Of a stretch of DNA of 64,000 nucleotides, positions 38,676 through 46,961 are shown in pieces. A model generated the notes under the pieces. That model had not been told where the DNA came from. It worked only from the letters and a program-made list of their open reading frames with translations, and did not search any database. Within the stretch, counting starts at the first letter, position 1. Each line of letters opens with the position of its first letter. Made by a program: the position numbers and the translations under genes. The stretch comes from Candidatus Brocadiia bacterium (GTDB lineage: Bacteria; Planctomycetota; Brocadiia; SM23-32), in assembly GCA_046538485.1 (NCBI GenBank), contig JBKHIT010000022.1:10712-74711 (forward strand). Reading direction: 5' to 3'.

Positions 38676-39164
38676 ATGTCAGAAAACACACTCGAACGGT
38701 TAACCCTCAAAATCTACCCGGATTCGGTCCTTACTCAGGTCTGCGATCCGGTTGAAAAATTCGACCCGGGGCTCAAAAACCTTCTCGAAAAGATGCACCG
38801 TCTCATGAAATCGGAAGAAGGTATCGGACTGGCAGCTCCCCAGGTCGGGATCACGAAAAGATTCTTCGTCTGCAGATTGCCTGAAGGACCAATTTCCATC
38901 ATCAATCCCAAAATAGAAAGTTCCAAAGGGAATCACAAAATGGTGGAAGGGTGCCTGAGTATGCCCTACACCCGCGTCAACGTGGCCCGCAATCAAACCG
39001 TCCGGGTTTCGGGCTACGACGCCGACGGGAATAACATCCAGGCCATTGGTAAAGACCTCTGGGCCCATATATTGCAGCACGAAATTGATCACCTGAACGG
39101 CGTGCTCATTTCCGATCATGGTAAACCCATCTCCGATTCCGAAACCGGGGGCCGTGTTTCATAA
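38676..39164 (+). CDS. def: Peptide deformylase
   Basis: GIGLAAPQVG, EGCLS, QHEIDHLNG. Confidence 0.96.
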   Translation: MSENTLERLTLKIYPDSVLTQVCDPVEKFDPGLKNLLEKMHRLMKSEEGIGLAAPQVGITKRFFVCRLPEGPISIINPKIESSKGNHKMVEGCLSMPYTRVNVARNQTVRVSGYDADGNNIQAIGKDLWAHILQHEIDHLNGVLISDHGKPISDSETGGRVS

Positions 39165-39218
39165 ATTCTGTGGAATGCTCTCCCAGCACTGAAACTGAAA
39201 CTGGAAAGGATCGTCTCG

Positions 39219-40631
39219 ATGAAAGACACGGTAAAAATATATACGGCATTTACTTCGAATCAGCTCTTCAACAGCTCTCAAACCTATCCACTGCATCATC
39301 CCGACCAAAAAGTTCTATCAAACGAAGAGATTCTCGATGAATTGCGTGCTCGCACGAACGGGGTGGAGTTCCTCGGTTCCACGGAAATCGAAAAACCCGA
39401 GTTCACCGTCGGAAACATCCAGGGACGGCGGCAGAACATCGATGGCGTGCTGTATTTCGGGTCTGTCCCGGACGAACTTCTTGAGCTCAACATCCCTATC
39501 GTCGCGGTCTATCCGCTGTGGAGTCAGTGGCAACAGCCTTTCAACGGCTACACCGGCCACCGCGTTCTGACGGCCGCCCTGCCGGTGATCCCCGATATCT
39601 CCGAAGAAAAGTTCCACCTGCGGCTTGACGGCATCGCCGAGAAAATCGGCCTGCTGAAAGCCGTCGCGCAAATGGGCGACCTGAGAATCCTCTGTGTCAC
39701 AGACAAACCTGTCCTGGGGCGATACGAACCGACGGGTTATCAGACGGCCGAAGAAGGATGGGAAACCTACCAGACAAACTATTTGCACAATCTCGACGCA
39801 CTCGGCTCAGAAATCATCGCCCGCCCCCAGGACGAAATGCTTGTGGAAATGGAAGCCGTCTCGGACGCCGAGGCCGATCAGGTGACACAGGAGTGGATTG
39901 CCGAAGCCGAAGAGGTCAAAGGCACAACCAAGGAAGAAATCAAGAAATCCGCCAAACTTTACCTGGCTCTGAAAGAAATGACGGAACACTATGACGCAAA
40001 CGCCGTCACAACGGAAGGTTACGGGGTCTTTATGAATTATCCAAACGGCCCTATCCCGTCCCAGGGACTGCCCTCTTCTCAATTCTGCACCGATGGCATC
40101 GTCGCGACCTCTGAAACTCTGGTCGACTCTTTGATCACTCAGCAACTCGGACTGTTTGTTACCGGAAGCACTGGATTCAACGGCGACTATCTGGTGGATG
40201 CGGAGAATGGTGCGGTGTATATCGGGCATTGTGAATGCCCTTTCAATCCTTACGGCGATGATCAGAACGTCCCGTTCGTGATTCGGAACCTGCCCCAGTG
40301 GCCCGAAAACCAGCAGGAGAAAGGAGGCGCCTGCGTGGAGGTCAAACTTCCCGCCGGAGAACCCGTAACCGTCGCGAAGATCAGCGTACACGACAAAAAA
40401 ATGGCGGTTCTCGATGGAGAATCCCTCGCCGGTGACGAACTATTCCCCGGCTGGGGCGACATCCTCTGCCGAACAAAACTCGCCGTCGGGACCGATGCGG
40501 CCGCGGCCCTCAAAAATCTCGACTGGGAAACTTTCGGCAACCACCGGGTGGTATTCTATGGCGATTACAGGCAGCAGTTTATCGACCTTTCGACCCTGCT
40601 CGATTTTGATATCGAGGAAAAGGACTGCTGA
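39219..40631 (+). CDS. L-fucose/L-arabinose isomerase-like protein (paralogue 1)
   Basis: SAKLYLALK...DANAVT, GIVATSE, GHCECP, VTVAK, CRTKL, GNHRVVFYGD. Confidence 0.7.
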   Translation: MKDTVKIYTAFTSNQLFNSSQTYPLHHPDQKVLSNEEILDELRARTNGVEFLGSTEIEKPEFTVGNIQGRRQNIDGVLYFGSVPDELLELNIPIVAVYPLWSQWQQPFNGYTGHRVLTAALPVIPDISEEKFHLRLDGIAEKIGLLKAVAQMGDLRILCVTDKPVLGRYEPTGYQTAEEGWETYQTNYLHNLDALGSEIIARPQDEMLVEMEAVSDAEADQVTQEWIAEAEEVKGTTKEEIKKSAKLYLALKEMTEHYDANAVTTEGYGVFMNYPNGPIPSQGLPSSQFCTDGIVATSETLVDSLITQQLGLFVTGSTGFNGDYLVDAENGAVYIGHCECPFNPYGDDQNVPFVIRNLPQWPENQQEKGGACVEVKLPAGEPVTVAKISVHDKKMAVLDGESLAGDELFPGWGDILCRTKLAVGTDAAAALKNLDWETFGNHRVVFYGDYRQQFIDLSTLLDFDIEEKDC

Positions 40632-40678
40632 ACAATCCACACGAAAAAATGCCCTTGAAGTTGGGAAGGAGACAAAAG

Positions 40679-40768
40679 ATGAACATTGACCTGGAAGTGG
40701 CGCCCGATTTCGAAGAAATGGAAGCCGTCATAACCGGCGAAAAAGAGCCTTCCCGCCTGCATCCGTAA
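40679..40768 (+). pseudogene. 29-aa 5' remnant, possibly of a uroporphyrinogen-decarboxylase-family gene
   Basis: AAGGAG RBS; MNIDLEVAPDFEEMEAVITGEKEPSRLHP*. The stop lies in the loop of a 9-bp hairpin (40755-40777). Confidence 0.4.
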
Positions 40769-40912
40769 GATGCAGGCTAGGATCGGGCAATACCGTCGCC
40801 AATTATATCCCTGTCAAAAACTATTTGATCATGGTCGAAGAGACCAATCGATGGTCGACCTGACGACAACATTTGGAATTCTCATTTACTTTCTCTAACA
40901 ATGGAGTAAATC

Positions 40913-42317
40913 ATGAATGGCGAAAGTGCGGCAAACGTCCAGGTTGCCATGAAACCGGTTTTTGTTCAGCTCTTGCACTCGAACGCCTACGAAGGCCCCT
41001 GTCGCGTTGGGAGTCCCGAAGATCTCGATCCGAAAAAGGAAAAACCCAGGGGCGAAGAGCAATTCGCACAGTGGACCAAACAGGTCGAAAATGAACTCTC
41101 CGATGAAGCGCGCGTGCTCGAGCCCGTGAAACTCGAATGGACCGACGACTGGCATCTCTCTAAAGAAGAAATCGGCAAACTTGACAGAGACATCAGCAAA
41201 GTCGACCTTTTCCTGATCCAGGGCGGGCTCTCGCAGTATCCAGCTATTTCCATCGGGCGCCGCTATGAAAAACCTGTCGCCATGGTCGGCACCGTGGTCC
41301 CCATCGACGTGAGCGCCAATCTGCGCGCCCGCGGACTCGAAGGTTTTGCACCGCTCGATTACGGCGAACTCAATGACCTGATCTCCCTGCTCAGGATAAG
41401 GAAAAGCTTCCAGAACACAAAAATCCTCCATGCTGTCGAATCAGAAGTCGTGCCCGTCGGCGTCGTCAGCACAATTTATGATATGGAAGATCTCTACAAC
41501 CGCTTCGGGGGTTAAGCATCACGGCATGCCTGCCGGGCACCTGATGAACCTGATGAAAAATCTCTCGGACGAATCGAAGAAACAGGCCGAACAGCTCACC
41601 GATAAACTCATTGAAGACGCGGAAGAATGCCATATGGAGAGAGAAGATCTCCTGCCATCGGTTGAGTTTTATGTCGCCGTCAAAGAGGAAATGGAAAAAC
41701 GCGAATGCAACGCCTTCGCTATACCGTGTTTTGAGCTCTGCGCGCGGCAGGTGCCGGCCGAAACGAAAGTGGGTTTCTGCCTGGCTCACACCTTGCTCAA
41801 GGATGAAGGCTGCCCATCGGCCTGCGAAGACGACATGAACGTTCTTATGTCAATGGCGGCGCTGATGTACACTTCGCGCAAATCCAGCTACATGGGCAAT
41901 TCCAGCCTGGTCAGTAAAGAAGACAACATTATCCGGGTCGGCCACGATGTTCCGGGGCTGAAAATGAACGGATTCGATTCCGAAGACCTGCCCTACACAA
42001 TCACACCGTTCACACAGGGTGGTTGGGGCGGGACAATCCGGTACGATTTTGCACGCGACGTCGGTCAGCGCGTCACACTGGCCCGTTTCAACCCGAACGC
42101 AACACGCCTCCTGGTCGCCACCGGCGAAGTCACCGGAGGCGGAGGCGTGGATACGGTCGGATGTTCTTTGAGCGCCAATTTCAAGGTGAATGATGCCGTG
42201 GAGCTCTTCCACGCTGAACAGGATTTTGGCCACCATCTGGCCATGGTCTACGGAGATTACTCCGAGCAGCTCCATGAGCTCGAACAGGTAATGGATATCG
42301 AAATCCTCGAAGTATAA
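40913..42317 (+). pseudogene. L-fucose/L-arabinose isomerase-like protein (paralogue 2), split by a +1 frameshift
   Basis: ORFs 40913-41515 and 41430-42317 join if one G is removed from the G5 run at 41507-41511 (NRFG-VKHH). Motifs ACEDD, GHDVP, VTLARF, GHHLAMVYGD. Confidence 0.75.
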
Positions 42318-42335
42318 CCAGAGAGGGAGCAAATA

Positions 42336-43598
42336 GTGGAACGAGGAACTGTCCGAATCAAACCCGTTTTTGTCGGAATCTCTCACTACCGGGAGATCTA
42401 CGGAAGCGTATGTTCGGCCGATGTCGAAGGGACTCCACCGATACCCGAGAAAGATGAGACGGAAGTTGAGAACCGGGCCTCTGAACTCGTCGACAATTTC
42501 ACCGATCAGCTTGATGTCGATTTTGTGGAAATCGATCCACCGCTGGTGGTCAAAGAACACGTCGATTTGCGGCGTCTTCCGGGAGAATTGACGCGTGATA
42601 CGGACGCCATTTTGGTGGGGAAGCTGGGGAACACGCCGCTGATTACCCGGACGCTCAACGGCTATGGACTCCCTGTCCTTGGGAGATATCCGGGAGAAGC
42701 ATATCTGCGGGCTTTGCGCGTAAAAAAGTACCTCTCGGAAAGCAAATTCCTCTATATCGGCGAAATCCCGTCATTCTCCGCCCCATCCGGGCCCTACGAT
42801 TTCCCCACGATCGAAGATCGGCTGGGGGTGCGAGTGCGCCACATCGAGACAAATGAATTTTTCCGGTGGTTTGATCGCTTCGACCAGAAAGAGGTTGAAG
42901 CCGACCTGAAAACATGGAGCGAAGATTTCGAGGAAGTTCTCGAACCTGAACAGAACGATCTTCTGGACGCAACGCGGGTTTACCTCGCACTGAAAGGCCT
43001 TGCGGAACGCGAAGACGCAAACGGAATCACCGTGAACTGCGGTCGGCTTACCGAGGAACGTCCCGTCGTGCCCTGCCTGGCATTCGACCGGCTTATTGAT
43101 GAAGGTATCATGTGCGCGTGCGAAGGTGATATAACCGCCATGTTGTCTTCTTTCATCATCCATGCTGTAAGTCAGAAGTCGATGCTCATGGGGAATTTCG
43201 GCTCGCGCCCGGGCCGTTTCGAAGCCAGAGAAGGCGAGGTGACAATCGAGCACGATATCATCCCCCGCTCCATGGCCAGCACGGGTTTCACCGTTCGCGA
43301 TTATCACGAACGACAGTTCGGCGTCACAGGTTACGCTCCCATTCAGGAAGATCAGCCGATGACGCTCGTGAACACCGACCCCGCTCTCGACCGGATAAGT
43401 GTCCTGGAGGGCACAATCAAAAACAGCGAGGATGGTGGTCATTGCCGGATCATCGTCCACATGTCGATTGAGGGAGACGTGGAACGAGTCCCCGAAGTCA
43501 TCGTAGGTTCACAACACGTATCGATGAGTTTCGGGCACTGGCTCGCGGCATTGCAAGAAACCGGCAAACTGCTGGGAATGGAAGTGCAACACCTCTAA
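42336..43598 (+). CDS. L-fucose/L-arabinose isomerase-like protein (paralogue 3)
   Basis: RVYLALK...ANGITVNC, PCLA, CACEGD, EHDIIP, CRI, QHVSM. Confidence 0.75.
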   Translation: MERGTVRIKPVFVGISHYREIYGSVCSADVEGTPPIPEKDETEVENRASELVDNFTDQLDVDFVEIDPPLVVKEHVDLRRLPGELTRDTDAILVGKLGNTPLITRTLNGYGLPVLGRYPGEAYLRALRVKKYLSESKFLYIGEIPSFSAPSGPYDFPTIEDRLGVRVRHIETNEFFRWFDRFDQKEVEADLKTWSEDFEEVLEPEQNDLLDATRVYLALKGLAEREDANGITVNCGRLTEERPVVPCLAFDRLIDEGIMCACEGDITAMLSSFIIHAVSQKSMLMGNFGSRPGRFEAREGEVTIEHDIIPRSMASTGFTVRDYHERQFGVTGYAPIQEDQPMTLVNTDPALDRISVLEGTIKNSEDGGHCRIIVHMSIEGDVERVPEVIVGSQHVSMSFGHWLAALQETGKLLGMEVQHL

Positions 43599-43888
43599 CC
43601 CACATTTTTTATCGAAATTAAATCTGAGCGTTATTCAGTAGGACAGATGCTGGTTGGTCCCTCGTCGGCCCTTTTAGGCTGGCCGTAAGATCCAGGCAAG
43701 TTCCAGTGGTAACCCAAAATCTTGCCCATTCGGGATTAAATAGATGGCCAGAAGTTAATCTTACTGGGCAGCAAATTCGCTGAATGTCTTTTTTCTGCTT
43801 TGACCAGGGGGAAAGTTCTTTCCAGTCCCCATACTTTGCGTCGTAAAACTTTTTGACAGCTTCATAATTCCCCTGTCCGGCACCGATT

Positions 43889-44989
43889 CTACACAATCAG
43901 ATCTTCCGTGTCAGCATCGAACAGGTGAGCTTTCTCCATCAGAATCGGCAATTCAAGCGTTTCGCCCACCGAAACCTGCATATGCGATTCAACCCGGGCG
44001 ATAAATCGAGATTTCTCCGTTTTTAGATACAGGTACGTCTCCGACCCCATCGGTTCCATAACATCGACTTCGGCTTTTATAGTGGGGAGCGCTTCGCGTC
44101 CTTTGGTCTGTTCGGAACCGATATCTTCCGGACGCGCCCCGAATACGACAGCTTTTCCTTGCTGATCGGCCAGGGCTTTTTCCCACTCTGAGGGCAGAGC
44201 AATCTCCACATCTCCGCCTGTGAAATACAACTGGCCGTTGCTCGCTTTGAGCGTCCCGTGGAACAGATTCATTGGCGGTGTGCCGATGAAACCGGCCACA
44301 AATATATTGGCCGGGCGTTCGTACAGTCTCACCGGTTCATCCACCTGCTGAATTGCCCCTTCCCGCATCACGCAGATCCGGTCCCCCATAGTCATTGCCT
44401 CCACCTGATCGTGCGTGACGTAAATCATGGTAGCATCCAGTCGATGGTGCAATTTGCTGATTTCGGTCCGCATCTGCACGCGCATCTTGGCATCCAGGTT
44501 GCTCAACGGCTCATCCAGCAGAAAAGCCTTGGGATCCCGCACGATGGCCCGTCCCACCGCGACGCGCTGGCGCTGACCTCCGGATAAAGCCTTGGGTTTG
44601 CGCTGGAGCAATTTCTCAATTCCGAGAATTCGCGCCGCGTCACGCACCCGACGGTCGATCTCGGCTTTGTCAACTTTTCGGAGTTTCAAGCCGAAAGCCA
44701 TGTTATCGTAGACTTTCATGTGTGGATAGAGCGCGTAGTTCTGAAACACCATGGCAATATCACGGTGTTTGGGAGGCACTTCATTGACGGTTTTGCCATC
44801 GATGGTCACGGTTCCTTCGGTTATTTCTTCCAGCCCGGCGATCATACGTAGCGTCGTGGACTTGCCACAGCCGGACGGCCCAACCAGGACCACAAATTCG
44901 CGATCCTCGATATCCAGGTTAATATTATCGACCGCTTTGACCGTGCGATCATAGATTTTGGTCAGGTTTTGGAGACTCACTTGAGCCAT
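43889..44989 (-). CDS. Sugar ABC transporter ATP-binding protein (MsmK/UgpC-like)
   Basis: [39 protein letters not shown]-terminal TOBE domain. Confidence 0.95.
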   Translation of the reverse strand: MAQVSLQNLTKIYDRTVKAVDNINLDIEDREFVVLVGPSGCGKSTTLRMIAGLEEITEGTVTIDGKTVNEVPPKHRDIAMVFQNYALYPHMKVYDNMAFGLKLRKVDKAEIDRRVRDAARILGIEKLLQRKPKALSGGQRQRVAVGRAIVRDPKAFLLDEPLSNLDAKMRVQMRTEISKLHHRLDATMIYVTHDQVEAMTMGDRICVMREGAIQQVDEPVRLYERPANIFVAGFIGTPPMNLFHGTLKASNGQLYFTGGDVEIALPSEWEKALADQQGKAVVFGARPEDIGSEQTKGREALPTIKAEVDVMEPMGSETYLYLKTEKSRFIARVESHMQVSVGETLELPILMEKAHLFDADTEDLIV

Positions 44990-45036
44990 TGTCAGTCGCT
45001 CCTATTGTAAAGATCGAACCCGTACCTGCAGGACTT

Positions 45037-46914
45037 CTATTTCTCCGATGGGACGGCTATCCCGCGCATAATGGTGCGTTGTGCAAACAGAAAAATCAGC
45101 AAGGACGGGATACTGGCAATCAGAATCGATGCAAAAACTGCCGTCCCTGGCGCCTCCAGCTGGAACTGCTGCAGCCAGACGGCCAGTACGTGCATATCTT
45201 TGTCCGGACAGACGATCAAAGGATACAAAAAGGCCCTCCATGCCCGGTTGAAGGTCTGCAACGCCACAACGGCCAGAATCGGCTTACTCATGGCCATCGT
45301 TATCTGCCAGAAGATGCGAAATTCCGATGCGCCATCGATCACGGCGGCGTCATAGAGATCCTGCGGAATAGAATCGAAAAATCCTTTAAGCAGGAAGATC
45401 AACATTCCGTTGATCGTCAGTGGCAAAACGAGCGCAATAAATGTATTGAGCAAACCGAGTTTCTTGATGATTAGAAATCGCGGAATCATGCTCACCATCG
45501 GTGGAAAAGCCATCGTAGCTACAAAAATGAAAATTATTTTCCACATGCCGGGGGGTTTGAACCGCGAGAGCGCATATGCCACGAGTGGCATGACCGTCAG
45601 CGAGAAAAACAACCCCAGCACAACATAAATAATCGTATTGAGGAACGGGCGTCCCTGCACAAACATCTGCGCGAACACAATCCGGAAATTCCGGCCGGCA
45701 TAGCGTCTGCGCAACGTTCCAGAATTATCCAGGACATATCGTTTCTCAAGCTGGGCAAGCGGTATTTTGCAGGCCTGCCAGTCGGCATAATCCATGTTAT
45801 GGGCTTTGGAAACCGCCTGGATGTCATCGTAGGCACTTTGCAGCCAGCTGCGCCAGGCAAACTCCGGCCCGACCAGTCTCAGCGATTCGGGTTTCAAGGT
45901 TTTGAGAAAATCACGGTAAGCACCGCGCCGGTAATCAAAGACCCACTCGCGGTCGCCGGGAAGCTCAATATTTTCGAACGACTTATACTCGGTGTGCCAG
46001 TACAGGTTCAGGTCGTCGATGTTCTTATACTGCTCCCGGAGAAATGCCCGGTATTCCTCGTCGGAGGCGTCACTGCGGACAAACGACATATTCAAGTGGC
46101 CTTCAAAAACGAACTGAAGCCATTCTTTCCGCAGAGTCTCGTGCCTCGGTGGGGGGACCCGTTGCGGCAGGGAAAACTCCTCATAGGATTCGATGTTCAG
46201 ATCATGGGCTTTTTGGAAAGCTTCGAATTTCGATCGGCCGTATTCGGGGAACACAAGACGCTCGAGGAAAAGCCCCGTAAGATTCACAAAAGCTCGCTCC
46301 GCAGGTGGCCTTTCCCGCATCAGATCCAGATACGCCTCCCACAAAGGCGTATCGCGCCTGACGGCCCGGGCTTCGCCCCAACGGGGCGTTCTGGCGTTAA
46401 TCTGCCACCACGAAGGAATCGGCGCGCCCACTTTTGAGTTGAAAGCATCCAGATCGCCGTCAAACCGATCTCGCAACATATCAACGAGTTTCCGCTGGTT
46501 CAAAGAACCGATCTGCTGGTAGATCACGGTTCCCCCGAGGACCTGCCAGTGGTCGGGCAATTTAGATTGACGCACAAACGCGTTCAAATCCTCGACTGCC
46601 ATCCCTCTGGTTTTTTCGGGCACCCACGCGTCCCTGAAACTGTAATCCCGCGTCTGGCGGAACCGATTCATTAGAATGGGATCATAATTATATTTTGTCT
46701 CCAGAAATTTCCGCACCAGTTCCTTATCATTGGTAAGGAATTTCGGCACAACCCCCATATCCTGAGAATCCATATTGCTGCGCATGGCCCCCGACATCAT
46801 AAGCAGGAAGGGATAGACCATGGTTGCGCCGCCGATGATCAACGCCAGGGTCACACCGGTCAGGAACAACCGGCCCCGCCACCCTTTCGCCTCGACTTTT
46901 GTCAGCACAGGCAT
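45037..46914 (-). CDS. Carbohydrate ABC permease (MalG-like) with a large extracytoplasmic insert
   Basis: N-terminal TM, a soluble insert of about 380 aa, then AYALSRF...FFDSIPQDLYDAAVIDGASEFRIF. Confidence 0.88.
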   Translation of the reverse strand: MPVLTKVEAKGWRGRLFLTGVTLALIIGGATMVYPFLLMMSGAMRSNMDSQDMGVVPKFLTNDKELVRKFLETKYNYDPILMNRFRQTRDYSFRDAWVPEKTRGMAVEDLNAFVRQSKLPDHWQVLGGTVIYQQIGSLNQRKLVDMLRDRFDGDLDAFNSKVGAPIPSWWQINARTPRWGEARAVRRDTPLWEAYLDLMRERPPAERAFVNLTGLFLERLVFPEYGRSKFEAFQKAHDLNIESYEEFSLPQRVPPPRHETLRKEWLQFVFEGHLNMSFVRSDASDEEYRAFLREQYKNIDDLNLYWHTEYKSFENIELPGDREWVFDYRRGAYRDFLKTLKPESLRLVGPEFAWRSWLQSAYDDIQAVSKAHNMDYADWQACKIPLAQLEKRYVLDNSGTLRRRYAGRNFRIVFAQMFVQGRPFLNTIIYVVLGLFFSLTVMPLVAYALSRFKPPGMWKIIFIFVATMAFPPMVSMIPRFLIIKKLGLLNTFIALVLPLTINGMLIFLLKGFFDSIPQDLYDAAVIDGASEFRIFWQITMAMSKPILAVVALQTFNRAWRAFLYPLIVCPDKDMHVLAVWLQQFQLEAPGTAVFASILIASIPSLLIFLFAQRTIMRGIAVPSEK

Positions 46915-46961
46915 CTACCAGGACTCCTCATTCGTCGTGAAATCAATACCAAAATCATCTT

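Noticed and set aside
34815-41515. Selenocysteine or pyrrolysine readthrough at premature stops (34815, 40766, 41513)
   Set aside because: The stops are TAG or TAA without a convincing in-frame continuation; 41513 is explained by a frameshift.
43618-43896. 92-aa ORF downstream of the ABC ATPase
   Set aside because: No convincing start or family motif; at most a gene remnant.
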